DNA of 64,000 nucleotides from Halarcobacter sp. (GTDB taxonomy: Bacteria; Campylobacterota; Campylobacteria; Campylobacterales; Arcobacteraceae). A model generated the notes under the pieces. It saw only the letters and a program-made list of their open reading frames with translations, was not told the origin of the DNA and made no database searches. The position numbers and the translations under genes were made by a program. Below are positions 18,243 to 30,800 of this stretch, one piece after another (the first letter of the stretch is position 1; every line of letters starts with the position of its first letter). The stretch lies in contig CP182352.1 in the NCBI GenBank assembly GCA_048571215.1, forward strand, positions 1,056,001-1,120,000, written 5' to 3'.

Positions 18243-18842
18243 TTGAAAAAAGAGATACAAGAAGATGCTTTTGCATCTTTAAAAAGCTATATGGATGATT
18301 TTAATCCTATTGATGAAAAAGTATGGACAAAACTTTTAGAGTTAGCAAAAATTCATATTATCAAAAAAAATCAAATCATCTATGCCTTTGATGATATTAT
18401 GACTTCATTTTTTTATATACACAAAGGTTTATTTAGAGCTTACATTTTAGATGACAAAGGTGAACAATACAATAAAAACTTTTTTCAAGAGTATCTTTTC
18501 TTTGGTCCCCTGTCTCCTTCAATGTACAAAGAACCAATAAAATTTCAAATCGAATCAATAGAAGATGGTATCTTAATAGAATTTGATAATAAGAGATATA
18601 GAGAGTTACTTTTAGAAGATGATAGTTTAAAGCTTTTTCATATCAATTATGTGGAAAAACGTTTAGAAATCACAAAAAATATTTTAGAAGAGAACCGTAT
18701 GAAAGATGATGCTGTTACTCGTTATGAAAAATTTACAAAAAACTATCCAGGACTTTCTAAAAGACTCTCTTTATATCATATAGCTTCTTATTTAGGTATT
18801 ACTCCCACACATTTAAGCAGAATACGAAAAAAATCAACATAG
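18243..18842 (+). CDS. Crp/Fnr-family transcriptional regulator
   Basis: cNMP-binding-like domain and C-terminal IASYLGITPTHLSRIRKK HTH. Confidence 0.9.
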   Translation: MKKEIQEDAFASLKSYMDDFNPIDEKVWTKLLELAKIHIIKKNQIIYAFDDIMTSFFYIHKGLFRAYILDDKGEQYNKNFFQEYLFFGPLSPSMYKEPIKFQIESIEDGILIEFDNKRYRELLLEDDSLKLFHINYVEKRLEITKNILEENRMKDDAVTRYEKFTKNYPGLSKRLSLYHIASYLGITPTHLSRIRKKST

Positions 18843-18896
18843 GTATATTAATTATTTTTAAAATACTGTTATACTTCAAATAAAAAAGGAGTATCG

Positions 18897-19628
18897 ATGG
18901 ATTTAAGCCTTGTCTCATGGGTATATTTTTTAATATCAGCACTTATTGTTGGTTTTTCTAAAACCTCTGTTGGAGGTTTAGGTATTATAGTAGTTCTAAC
19001 TATGGCTTTAGCTTTTCCTGCAAAAGAATCAGTGGGAGTTTTATTGCCAATGTTAGTTGCCGCAGATATTATTGCAGTAATTTTTTATAAAAGAGATTGC
19101 AATTGGAAAATTATATTTAAGATTTTCCCTTTAACTGCTTTGGGTGTTGTTTTAGGATATTTTATATTAGATAAAATCTCAAAAGATATTTTTGAAGTTG
19201 TATTAGGTGTGATAATTTTATCAATGTTAGTATTAAGTACAATAATAGAAAAGAAAAATCTTGATTTTTCAGATAGTAAATTATTTGCAGTACCTATTGG
19301 AATATTAGCTGGAATAGCTACAATGTTAGCAAATGCGGCTGGTCCTTTGATGGCGATTTATTTTTTACAGCTTGGCTTACCTAAAAAAGATTTTGTAGGG
19401 ACAAGAAGTTGGTTCTTTTTATTGTTAAATGTTTTTAAACTACCTTTTTCTGCAAATCTAGGTCTTATCTCTTTTCATACCTTATCGTTAAATTTATTGA
19501 GTATTCTTATTATTGTTTTAGGAGCTTTTCTAGGTGTAAAGTTTTTGAAAAAAATAGATATGAATATCTTTTCATGGATTATAAAAATATCTGCGTTTTT
19601 TGTTTCTATCAAATTGATTTTCTTTTAA
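18897..19628 (+). CDS. TauE/SafE-family sulfite exporter
   Basis: Multi-TM protein with GFSKTSVGGLG, LLPMLVAAD, TMLANAAGP. Confidence 0.88.
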   Translation: MDLSLVSWVYFLISALIVGFSKTSVGGLGIIVVLTMALAFPAKESVGVLLPMLVAADIIAVIFYKRDCNWKIIFKIFPLTALGVVLGYFILDKISKDIFEVVLGVIILSMLVLSTIIEKKNLDFSDSKLFAVPIGILAGIATMLANAAGPLMAIYFLQLGLPKKDFVGTRSWFFLLLNVFKLPFSANLGLISFHTLSLNLLSILIIVLGAFLGVKFLKKIDMNIFSWIIKISAFFVSIKLIFF

Positions 19629-19715
19629 AAAACACATAACTCATTTTTAAGCACTTTTTGGATACACTTTCCAAATTTTTAACTACAATAATTAAACTAT
19701 ATGGGGAAACTTTTT

Positions 19716-22700
19716 ATGCCAAAAAGAGAAGATATAAAATCTATTTTACTTATAGGTTCAGGGCCTATTGTTATTGGACAAGCCTGTGAGTTTGACTACT
19801 CAGGTACACAAGCTACAAAAACTTTAAAAGAGTTAGGGTATAGAGTTGTTTTGATTAACTCAAATCCAGCAACTATTATGACAGACCCAGAGTTTGCTGA
19901 TAGAACATACATAGAACCAATCACTGAAGAGGTTGTTGCAAAGATAATTGAAAAAGAGAATATTGATGCTATTTTACCAACTATGGGTGGACAAACAGCA
20001 CTTAATGTTGCAACAACTATGTATGATAAAGGTATGTTAGAGGGTGTTAAGTTTCTTGGTGCAAACCCTGAGGCTATCAAAAAAGGTGAAGATAGACACC
20101 TTTTCAATGAAGCTATGATAAAAATTGGTATGGATTTACCAAAAAGTGCAAATGCATATAGTGTTGATGAAGCTATAAAAGTAGCAAAAGAGATTGGATT
20201 TCCTGTTATTTCAAGAGCTTCTTTTACCCTTGCAGGTGGAGGTTCTGGTGTTGCTTACAATATGGAAGAGTTTAAAGCCTTAGCAGAAGCTGGTATTGAA
20301 GCATCTCCTATCAATGAAATTGAGATTATGGAGTCTATGCTTGGTTGGAAAGAGTACGAAATGGAAGTTATCAGAGACAAAAAAGATAACTGTATTATTG
20401 TATGTTCTATTGAAAACTTAGACCCTATGGGGGTTCATACTGGGGATTCTATCACTATAGCACCTGCTCTTACTTTGACAGATAAAGAGTATCAAAATAT
20501 GAGAAATGCATCTTTTGCAATTCTAAGAGAGATTGGTGTTGATACTGGTGGTTCAAATGTACAGTTCTCAATTTGCCCAAAAACTGGAAGAATGATTGTA
20601 ATTGAGATGAACCCTAGAGTTTCTCGTTCTTCTGCACTTGCTTCTAAAGCAACTGGTTATCCTATCGCAAAAGTTGCAACTCTTCTTGCTGTTGGGTTTA
20701 CACTTGATGAGATTGAGAATGATATTACAGGAACAACTGCCTCTTTTGAGCCAGTTATTGATTATATTGTTACAAAAATACCTCGATTTACTTTTGAAAA
20801 ATTCCCTAAAGCAGACTCTACACTTACAACTTCTATGAAATCTGTAGGTGAAGTTATGTCTATGGGTAGAACATTTAACGAATCTATCCAAAAAGCACTT
20901 TGTTCTTTAGAAACAGGTCTTTGTGGTTTTGATTCTATCTCTACAGATTTAGATTTAATCAAAAAAGAGATTAGAAGACCAAATGATAAAAGACTACTAT
21001 ATCTAATGGATGGGATGAGACAAGGACTTACAAATGATGATATTTTTGATCTTTGTGCAATTGATCCTTGGTATCTAACTAAGTTTAGACAAATTATTGA
21101 TATGGAAAAATCTATTGATGAATCAATTTTAAGTGATGAATCTGCTATGAGAATAGTTAAATCAAATGGATTTAGTGATGCTATGATAGCAAGATTAATC
21201 GGAAAAACAGAAGAAGATGTTTATCAAGCTAGAAAAACTTTAGAAGTTGATTTTGAGTACAATGAAGTTGATACTTGTTCTGCTGAGTTTAAAGCACTTA
21301 CTCCATATCTTTACTCAACTACAAATGTAACAAAAACTCCTCAAATAAATAAAATAACAGATGAGAAAAAAGTTATGATTATTGGTGGGGGACCAAATAG
21401 AATTGGTCAGGGTATTGAGTTTGATTATTGTTGTGTTCATGCTTCATTTGCATTAAATGAGATGGGTGTAAAAACTATTATGTATAACTGCAACCCTGAA
21501 ACAGTATCTACTGATTATGATACTTCAGATATATTATACTTTGAGCCAATCGACTTTGAACATGTAAGAAGTGTAGTAGAAAAAGAGAATCCAGATGGAG
21601 TAATTGTTCACTTTGGTGGACAAACTCCACTAAAACTTGCAAATGCTTTGACAGCTGCAGGAGCAAAAATCATTGGTACAACTGCTGAAGTTATTGATTT
21701 AGCTGAAGATAGAAAAAAATTCTCTACTTTTGTTGATAAAGTAGGTTTATTACAACCTGAAAATGGTACAGCAGTAGAAGTTATTGAAGCTATTGAAATA
21801 GCTGAAAGAATTGGTTATCCAGTGTTAGTTAGACCTTCATTTGTACTTGGTGGTAGAGGTATGAAAATTGTTTATTCTACTGAAGAATTAAAACAATATA
21901 TGGATGAAGCAGTATCTGTTTCAAATGATGCTCCTGTACTTATTGATAAATTTCTTGATAGAGCAATTGAGCTTGATGTTGATTGTATTTGTGATGGAAA
22001 AGAGGTATATATTGGTGGAATCATGCAACATATTGAAGAAGCTGGTGTTCACTCTGGGGATTCTGCTTGTTCACTTCCTCCTGTATCAATTGACCCTGAG
22101 CTTATCAAAGAGCTTGAAACGAAAACAAAAGCTATGGCATTGGGTCTTGGTGTTGTAGGACTTATGAATACTCAATATGCTATTCACAAAGGGCAAATCT
22201 ATTTAATCGAAGTAAATCCAAGAGCATCAAGAACAGTTCCTTTTGTATCTAAAGCAACAGGTATGCCTTTGGCAAAAGTTGCTACAAGAGTTATGTGGGG
22301 TGAAAGTCTAAGAAGTGCACTTGATACATATAATTCTGATTTGATTTGGGAAGATAATGAAGTTCTAAAACCAATTTTGAAAAATCATGTAGCTATCAAA
22401 GAAGCGGTATTTCCATTCAATAAACTTAGTGGTTCAGATATGATATTAACACCTGAGATGAAATCAACTGGTGAAGTTATGGGTATCTCAGATAATTTTG
22501 GTACTTCATATGCAAAATCTCAAAGTGCTGCTAAAAATGACCTTCCAACAGAAGGAAAAGTATTTATCTCATTGTGTGACTTAGATAAAGAGTTTGCACC
22601 AAAAATAGCAAAAGGTTTAGTAGATCAAGGTTTTTCAGTAGTAGCAACAGGTGGAACACACAAAGCTATTACAGATGCTGGAATTGAGTGTGAAAAAGTA

Positions 22701-22958
22701 CTTAAGATTTCTGAAGGAAGACCAAATATTACTGATTCTATTACAAATGGAGAGATAGCTCTTGCACTTAATACAAGTGATGGAAAAGAATCTTCAAAAG
22801 ATGATGGTAAAAATATCAGAAGAGCAGTGTTAAAAGAAAATATCCCTTATGTAACAACAGCTGCTGCTGCTTTAGCTTGTGTTGAGGCTATGAAAGCATT
22901 AAAACAAAAAGATGGAATGGGTGTAAAATCTATCCAAGAATTTTTACATGACAAGTAA
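19716..22958 (+). CDS. carB: Carbamoyl-phosphate synthase large subunit (start MPKRED at 19716)
   Basis: [34 protein letters not shown], duplicated ATP-grasp halves, MGS domain. Confidence 0.99.
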   Translation: MPKREDIKSILLIGSGPIVIGQACEFDYSGTQATKTLKELGYRVVLINSNPATIMTDPEFADRTYIEPITEEVVAKIIEKENIDAILPTMGGQTALNVATTMYDKGMLEGVKFLGANPEAIKKGEDRHLFNEAMIKIGMDLPKSANAYSVDEAIKVAKEIGFPVISRASFTLAGGGSGVAYNMEEFKALAEAGIEASPINEIEIMESMLGWKEYEMEVIRDKKDNCIIVCSIENLDPMGVHTGDSITIAPALTLTDKEYQNMRNASFAILREIGVDTGGSNVQFSICPKTGRMIVIEMNPRVSRSSALASKATGYPIAKVATLLAVGFTLDEIENDITGTTASFEPVIDYIVTKIPRFTFEKFPKADSTLTTSMKSVGEVMSMGRTFNESIQKALCSLETGLCGFDSISTDLDLIKKEIRRPNDKRLLYLMDGMRQGLTNDDIFDLCAIDPWYLTKFRQIIDMEKSIDESILSDESAMRIVKSNGFSDAMIARLIGKTEEDVYQARKTLEVDFEYNEVDTCSAEFKALTPYLYSTTNVTKTPQINKITDEKKVMIIGGGPNRIGQGIEFDYCCVHASFALNEMGVKTIMYNCNPETVSTDYDTSDILYFEPIDFEHVRSVVEKENPDGVIVHFGGQTPLKLANALTAAGAKIIGTTAEVIDLAEDRKKFSTFVDKVGLLQPENGTAVEVIEAIEIAERIGYPVLVRPSFVLGGRGMKIVYSTEELKQYMDEAVSVSNDAPVLIDKFLDRAIELDVDCICDGKEVYIGGIMQHIEEAGVHSGDSACSLPPVSIDPELIKELETKTKAMALGLGVVGLMNTQYAIHKGQIYLIEVNPRASRTVPFVSKATGMPLAKVATRVMWGESLRSALDTYNSDLIWEDNEVLKPILKNHVAIKEAVFPFNKLSGSDMILTPEMKSTGEVMGISDNFGTSYAKSQSAAKNDLPTEGKVFISLCDLDKEFAPKIAKGLVDQGFSVVATGGTHKAITDAGIECEKVLKISEGRPNITDSITNGEIALALNTSDGKESSKDDGKNIRRAVLKENIPYVTTAAAALACVEAMKALKQKDGMGVKSIQEFLHDK

Positions 22959-23401
22959 TGGACTCTTCTTTAGTCTATTTAGTACAAACTGATACAACAG
23001 TAGGTTTCTCATCAAGTGATGATGAGAAACTCTGCCTAATAAAAAATAGACCTACCAACCAAAAAACTCTCCAAACTGTAGATAGTTTTAAAACCTTAAA
23101 ATTAAAAACAAGAGTTCCTAAACTTCATAAAAAAAGAGTAAGAAACTCAAAAAAAACAACCTTTATATATCCAAATTCTCAATCTTTTAGAGTAATCTCA
23201 AGGGATGATAAGTATTATAGTTTTATATCTAAGTTTAAAGTGCTTTATTCAAGCTCTGCAAACCTTACTAAAAAGAGTTTTGATTTTGAATTTGCATCAA
23301 AGAGTAGTGATGTTGTTGTTTTTACCAAAGAGGGCTTTAGTGAAAAAACTCCATCATCAATTTATAAGCTATATAAAAATAAACTAAAAAGGATTAGATA
23401 A
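22958..23401 (+). CDS. Short Sua5/YciO/YrdC (TsaC-like) protein
   Basis: QTDTTVG, KNRP..K, YSSSAN, PSSI motifs; translationally coupled to carB. Confidence 0.8.
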   Translation: MDSSLVYLVQTDTTVGFSSSDDEKLCLIKNRPTNQKTLQTVDSFKTLKLKTRVPKLHKKRVRNSKKTTFIYPNSQSFRVISRDDKYYSFISKFKVLYSSSANLTKKSFDFEFASKSSDVVVFTKEGFSEKTPSSIYKLYKNKLKRIR

Positions 23402-24708
23402 TGTTTATTCAAAGAGAAGAAGAGATTAAAATTCTTGAAGATGAATATAGTAGTGCGAATTCAACAATCCAATTTATTTTTGGTGCAAAAAATAGTGGTA
23501 AAACAACTCTTTTACAAAAATTCTCAAAAGAAAAAGATACACTTTATTTTTCAAATTGTGAAATGTTACCTGCACATTTTTTTACCCAGATGGCAAATAT
23601 TATAAGTAACTATTTCCATGGTATTGATACAGTTGGAAAACCTTTTAATAGTTTTTATGAGCTTTTAGTTTTTTTACAAGAACAAAATATCGAAAAAAAA
23701 TTAGTAATTATATTTGATGATTTTCAAAATATCCTAAAAGTTGATAAAAATGGATTAGATGAGCTTTTAAAGCTTTGGAAAGCAAGTTTGAGAAAAAAGA
23801 ATATTCAACTACTAATATCAAGCTCAAATCTTTTCAGTGATGATAAATATAAAGAGATATGTAATATTTCAGGGGCTAATATAAGGTTAAAATATTTAGA
23901 CTTTTTGGCTATAAAAGAGTTTTTACCAAATATAAACAAGTTGGATCAATTGTATATATATTCACTACTTGGGACAAGTCCCTCGAATCTGAAATATTAT
24001 AATCCAAAAATAGAGTTCACAGAAAACATCTATAATCTATTTTTAACAACAAATGCCTATCTTTTTGAATATGGTATAAGGATATTAAAAACAGAGATAA
24101 GTGATATAGGAACATACTCCTCTATACTTTATGCAATAGCCAAAGGGAACTCAAAAGTAGGGGATATAGCTACATTTTTAGATGTGAAACCAACACATCT
24201 TTCTAGGTATCTTCAAAAGCTAATTGATATGATGATTTTAGATAAGAGTGTACCCCTTGGGGAAGATAAAAAGAATTCGAAATTTGGAAGATATATAATT
24301 CTGGACAATACTCTTAAGTTTTGGTTTTCATATATATTTCCAAACTTTTCTGCACTTCAACAAAACAATGTAAAAGAGGTTAGTAAAATAATCCAAGATG
24401 AGTTTATTAGAAAAACTGTTTTTTCAAGTTATAAAAGCTGTATAAAAGAGTATATAGATAGAAAACAAGAAACAATCTTTGGATATAAACCTATTTTAAC
24501 TGGAGCTTGGTGGGATAATCAAAACAATAGTATAGATTTGATTGCATACAATAAAAAATACATCACTTTTGTTCAGATACTTTGGGAAGAAAAAGATATG
24601 GCTCAAATTGCATATAGTAAGCTTAAAAATGCTTCTGAAAAGTTTGAAACTTCATTAGAAAAAAAATACTTAATTATCACTAAAAATACCTTTTTTAATA
24701 TCAATTAA
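23401..24708 (+). CDS. P-loop ATPase with winged-HTH and DUF234-like C-terminus (archaeal-type ATPase family)
   Basis: FIQREEEI, GAKNSGKTT, IIFDDFQ, HTH-like VGDIATFLDVKPTHLSRYLQKL, DNTLKFWF, GAWWD...IDLIA. Confidence 0.85.
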   Translation: MFIQREEEIKILEDEYSSANSTIQFIFGAKNSGKTTLLQKFSKEKDTLYFSNCEMLPAHFFTQMANIISNYFHGIDTVGKPFNSFYELLVFLQEQNIEKKLVIIFDDFQNILKVDKNGLDELLKLWKASLRKKNIQLLISSSNLFSDDKYKEICNISGANIRLKYLDFLAIKEFLPNINKLDQLYIYSLLGTSPSNLKYYNPKIEFTENIYNLFLTTNAYLFEYGIRILKTEISDIGTYSSILYAIAKGNSKVGDIATFLDVKPTHLSRYLQKLIDMMILDKSVPLGEDKKNSKFGRYIILDNTLKFWFSYIFPNFSALQQNNVKEVSKIIQDEFIRKTVFSSYKSCIKEYIDRKQETIFGYKPILTGAWWDNQNNSIDLIAYNKKYITFVQILWEEKDMAQIAYSKLKNASEKFETSLEKKYLIITKNTFFNIN

Positions 24709-24715
24709 TTAGGAT

Positions 24716-24805
24716 TATTATGTTACATAACATAATATTATTTAATTATATAAAAACTGTATATAGGTATTTTATAAATAATTATGTTTTTAAACATAAT
24801 TATTT
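24716..24805. promoter_or_regulatory. Twin palindromic operators ATTATGTT-N4-AACATAAT upstream of the giant adhesin
   Basis: Copies at 24717-24736 and 24781-24800; the second extends to 14-bp arms (24776-24805). TATAAT at 24849-24854 and AAGGA RBS before 24889. Confidence 0.7.
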
Positions 24806-24888
24806 TAAATAAACAAATATTTTTTTAATAAATAAATATAAATTCAGCTATAATTTATTTTATAAATGTGGATATTTAAGGATAAATC

Positions 24889-27800
24889 ATGGCAAGTGAT
24901 AATGAATATGTAAAGTACCAGAATAAAAGTGTAAATATTGTTGGAAAACCTTTAAAAGGTGAGAATGTTTCTGTTTATGTAAGACCTGGAGATTTGGTTG
25001 ATTTTAAAATCCCTGGGGTAAACTTGGAAGATTTAGAATATAGTCTTGTTGGAGGTGATATTGTAATAGACCTTCCCGGACAAGGTACTTTTACCTTTGT
25101 ATCTATGGCACTAATGGGATACAACGATACCCCACCTAGATTCTCTAGTAGCTCAGGAAAAGAGTTAACTTTAGGGGATATTCTTTCAGAAGTTGAAAAT
25201 ATCAACGCCTTGCCAATTGATTCTTTAGTTTCAGATGTAGATGTAAATATCCCTGATAATACTGCAAAGAAAACTGAAGAGGGTGATGCTACCCAAAACA
25301 ATCCACAAACTGCTCCACAAGTGATAATTCAACAAGTTGATAATGTAAATGAGAATGAAAATATCTCTGATTTGGAAAAAGTTGATGACTTTGAAATACC
25401 ACCAGAAGAAGCCCCTGAGGTAATAGAAAATGTATTTACAAGTAATGATGATGATAAATCTTCTAAAACACAAAGTTCTGTTACAGAGGGTAGTAAACCA
25501 ACATTTTCTTTTGATATAGATATTCAACACGTGGATTCATCAACTTCACGGGCTAATGAGGGTACAACAAGAGTTTTTACAGTAGAAGGGGGTGGTGGTG
25601 AAAAATATGCAAACTACTATCCAGCTACTGAAGAGAGTATTGATACTTTAGATAGATCTGAAATGTTAGTACAAAGGGATCCTGAGACTCTTGATTATAG
25701 CAATATAGATAATACTTTAGCAGATAGGGTTGTTATAAATGCTGATAATAATACTTATTTTGATGCTACTTCAACATCAAGAACAATAGAACTAGCTCCA
25801 AACAACCTTGAGGGTTATGAAATAGAAACTATTAAAATAAGTGCAGATGATTTTCCTGATGGCTTTGTTGTTGAAAATGCAACACTTAGTAATAATACTT
25901 GGACTTTAGTTAAAGATGATCCAAGTACCCCTGGAATTGAAGGGTTTTCTGTAAATACATTAGGGATAATAAAAATAAACTTTACAGTTAGTAGTCAACA
26001 AAGTGATAATTTTGCTTTTAATGTTGAAGCTACCTCCGTTTTTGATTTAGAAAATATTCCTGAAGAAGATAGAGCAGAGTTTGAAGTACCAGTTGAATCA
26101 GAATTGACATATGATAAATCATATGGAATAAACTTTAGAGATATTGTAGATACTGAGGATTCTGCTGAGTATATGTTTGAAAAATTTGCTGATGCCAATG
26201 GAGATATTGTATCTACAGGTTTTGTTGTAAGTACAAACTTGAATGATAATATTATTTATGGTTCTCAAGAGTTAGTAAATACTATATATGGTGGTCTTAG
26301 CAATGATACTGTAACAGGTGGAGACAATAATGACACTATATATGGAAATACTGGTAATGATACTATTACAGCTGGTTTAGGTGATGATTTTGTAGATGGT
26401 GGAGCTGATAATGATACTTTGGATTATTCGGCAATTGATAATGATAATAATATAGGAATAGCTGCTAATTTATCTACAGGTATTGTAACCGGAGATGGAA
26501 CTGATACCGTATCAAATATAGAAAATGTAATTGGTACACAAGACAATGACACCATAGTTGGTAGTGATGTTGTAAATATTTTAAAAGGTCAAAATGGAGC
26601 GGATATTCTTAGGGGATTAGATGGTAATGATACCTTAGAAGGAGAATTAGGAAATGATACCTTAGAGGGTGGATTGGGAGATGATTTACTTAAAGGTGGT
26701 ATTGGAAAAGATACTGTAAGTTATGAGCATGCTATAAGTTCTACAAATGCGGGTGTAACAGTTAGCTTAGAAAGTGATGAAAATAATCCAGGGTTAGGAA
26801 GTGCCACTGGAATAGATGGTATAGATACTCTTTGGGATTTTGAAAATATAACTGGATCAAATTATAATGATACTCTAAATGGAAATGCAGAAAACAATAC
26901 TATTCTTGCTTTATATGGAGATGATATCTTAGTAGGTAATGCTGGAGATGATTATATAGATGGTGGAGATGGTATTGATACAGTAGATTTTTCAAATGTT
27001 TCTACTGGAACTGGTGAAATTATAAACCTTGAACTTAATGAAGCTACAGGTGGAGATGGTATTGATGATATTTATAATATTGAAAATGTAATTGGTACTA
27101 AATATGTTGATACTATTATAGGGGATTCTTTAGATAACTCTATAGATGGTGGTAGAGGTAATGATACTTTAATAGGTGCTGATGGAAATGACACTTTAGT
27201 AGGTAATACAGGAAATGATTTTTTAAGTGGTGGATTAGGTGATGATTCTATAGATGGTGGAGTTGGAAGTGATACTGTTGATTATAGTGATATTAAAGGT
27301 GGAGTAAGAGTTGACTTATCTGATAATACTGAACAAAACACACAAAAAGCAGGCTTAGATACCTTATCAAGTGTGGAAAATCTAATAGGTACTTCATTTG
27401 ATGATACGATTACAGGAAGTTCTAGTGATAATAGTATAGTAACAAGAGAGGGTGATGATACTATTTATGCTTCAGGTGGTACTGATATATTAAATGGTGG
27501 TAGTGGTGAAGATTTATTAAGTTTTGCTAATAGTGCAAATAGCATTACAGTTGATTTATCAATTACACAGGAACAATCGACAGGTATTGGACAAACTACT
27601 ATTTCAAATATTGAAGATTTAGAGGGAAGTAATAATGTAGATACACTTTTAGGTGATTTTCAAAATAATAAGATTTATGGTTTAGATGGTAATGATTTTA
27701 TAAATGGTAAAGAGGGAGATGATTCACTATTTGGACAAGCTGGTGATGATACTATAGTTGGTGGAAGTGGAAATGATACTATAGATGGGGGAACAAATAC

Positions 27801-30800
27801 AGCCCAAGGTGATAGCATTGATTATACTGATAGTTCAAATGCCGTAAAACTAGCCTTAGCTAATAGTGGAACTGATGCCCTGGCAACAATAGGAACAGAA
27901 CAAGATACAGTAAGAAATATAGAAAATATTTTAGGTTCTAAATACAATGATACTTTAAGTGGAAATGATGATAATAACTTATTAAGTGGAAATGCAGGAG
28001 ATGATATCTTAAGTGGTGGCTTAGGAGATGATATTCTTAATGGTGGAGAAGACAATGACACCTTAAGTGGTGGCTTAGGAAATGATACCTTAAGTGGTGG
28101 CTTAGGAAATGATACCGTTGATTATCGTGATATAACAGTTGGAAATGTAGTAGTAGATTTATCAATTTCAACACAACAAGATACAAAAAATGCAGGCTTA
28201 GATATTTTAAATAGTGTTGAGAACTTTATAGGTACTTCTTTTGGAGATACTGTATGGGGAAGTGCAGATAATAATAAGATTGAAACAAAAGTAGGTGATG
28301 ATACAATCTATTCTTCAAGTGGTACTGATATTATTGATGGTGGAAGTGGTGAAGATTTATTAAGTTTTGAAACAAGCGGTACCGGTGTTATAGCTGATTT
28401 ATCAAATCTTAATGAACAAGCAACTAATCAAGGAAGAATAACAATTGCTAATATTGAAAATCTAGAAGGTAGTAATCAAGTTGATACCTTTAGTGGTGAT
28501 TCAAATATTAATAAAATCTATGGATTAGATGGCAATGATACTATATTTGGTGCCCAAGGTGATGATTCATTATTTGGACAAGGTGGTGATGATAAGATAA
28601 TTGGTGGAAGTGGAAATGATATTATAGATGGGGGAATAAATACATCTCAAGGTGATAGTGTAGATTATAGCACTAGTTCAAATGCAGTATCATTAACCCT
28701 TGCAAATAGTGGAAATGATGCTATAGCAACAATAGGAACTGAGCAAGATACAGTAAGAAATATAGAAAATATTATAGGATCTCAATACAATGATACCTTA
28801 GGTGGAAATGCTGATAATAACTCAATAAGTGGTAACAATGGTGATGATACTTTTATTGCAAGTGATGGAAACGATGAGTTTATTGGTGGATCAGGAAATG
28901 ATACGATTGATTATAGTAATAGAGTTGATAATATTAATGTTACTTTGATTGATAATAGCCCTTCAAATATAGTAAATGGAACTTTTACAGATACAGTTTA
29001 TCAAGTAGAAAATATTACAGGTTCACAAGTAAATGATACAATCACAGGTGACTCTGGGATAAATACCCTAAAAGGTCAAGAGGGTGATGATACAATCTCA
29101 GGTGGAGCTGGAAATGATGTTATAGATGGGGGAACAAATACAGCCCAAGGTGATAGTGTAGATTATAGAAGTAGTTCTAGTGCAGTAAAGTTAACCCTTT
29201 CTGATAGTGGAAATGATGCAAATGCAACTATTGGTTTAGAACAAGATACAGTAAGAAATATAGAGAATATTTTAGGTTCACAAAACAATGATATTTTAGG
29301 TGGAAATTCAGATAATAACTCAATAAGTGGTAATACGGGGAATGATACTTTAAGTGGTGGTTTAGGTGATGACACTCTTGATGGTGGAGAAGGTGATGAT
29401 ACTCTAAGTGGTGGTTTAGGTGATGATTTCTTAAATGGTGGAGTTGGAGTTGATACAGTTGATTATAGTGATATAAATGTAGCTGGGGTAAGTGTTGACT
29501 TATCAAAACAGACACAACAAGACACACAAAATGCCGGACTAGATACCCTATCAAGTGTGGAAAATTTAATAGGTACTTCATTTGATGATACAATTACAGG
29601 AAGTGATGACGATAATAAAATTGAAACAAAAGATGGGAATGATATTATTTATGCTTCAAGTGGTACTGATAGCTTAGATGGAGGTAGTGGACAAGACCTC
29701 TTAAGTTTTGTAAATAGTTCAAATAAAATCACTGTAGATTTATCAAATATTGCAGAACAATCAACAGGTTATGGTGACACAACTATTAGTAGTATTGAAG
29801 ATTTAGAGGGAAGTAATCTAAATGACACCCTTATAGGTAGTACACAAAACAATGAAATCTATGGTTTGGCTGGTAATGATATTATCAATGGAAAAGAGGG
29901 TGATGATTCATTATTTGGACAAGCTGGTGATGATACTATAATTGGTGGAGCTGGTAATGACATTATTGATGGGGGTATAAATACTACTCAAGGTGATAGT
30001 GTAGATTATACAAATAGTGAAAATGCAGTAAATTTAAGCCTTGCAGATGGTGGAAATGATGCTATAGCAAATATTGGTAGTGAACAAGATACAGTAAGAA
30101 ATATAGAAAATATTATAGGATCTCAATACAATGATACCTTAGGTGGAAACTCAGATGATAACTCTATCTTTGGAAATCTTGGAGATGACAATCTTATTGC
30201 AAGTGATGGAAATGATGAGTTTGTAGGTGGATCAGGAAGTGATACGGTTGATTATAGTAATAGAACTGAAAGTATTAGTGTAACTTTAAATGAAAGTGCA
30301 CCTACAGATGTAGTAAATGGAACTTTTACCGATACTGTTTACCAAATAGAAAATGTTACAGGTTCACAAGCTGATGATACAATTGTTGGTGATTCTCAAA
30401 CAAATATCTTAAAAGGTCAAGGGGGAGATGATACCCTATCAGGTGGGAAAGGTAGTGATTATATAGATGGGGGAGAAACTGGTGAAACCAATGGTGATAC
30501 AGTTAATTACTCTTATATAGATAATGTAACAACTGATACCTTTGGGGTAAGTGTAGATTTATCTTTAAATAGAGGTATTGATTTAAATACAGATGATAAA
30601 GATACTATAACAAATATAGAAAATGTAGTAGGTACAAAATTTGCAGATACACTTGTGGGTGATGAATTTGATAATATTCTAAATGGTGCAAATGGTAATG
30701 ATATCCTAAAAGGTGGGGCAGGAGATGACTCATTTATAGGTGGAAATGGTATTGATACAGTTGATTATAGTGATGTTTCAGAAAAGTTAAATATTGATTT

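Noticed and set aside
5235..19628. YeeE, CX5R protein, MetX, ThiF and TauE as one sulfur-handling cluster
   Set aside because: Scattered on both strands and interrupted by unrelated genes; no shared regulatory motif seen.
863..22158. Other short ORFs overlapping housekeeping genes (e.g. 863-1180, 5302-5586, 19796-20107, 20568-20891)
   Set aside because: Antisense or alternative-frame shadows of well-supported genes.
24717..24800. ATTATGTT resembles the XerD arm of the E. coli dif site
   Set aside because: Symmetric arms with a 4-bp spacer do not fit dif geometry, and this lineage uses a different XerH-type site.
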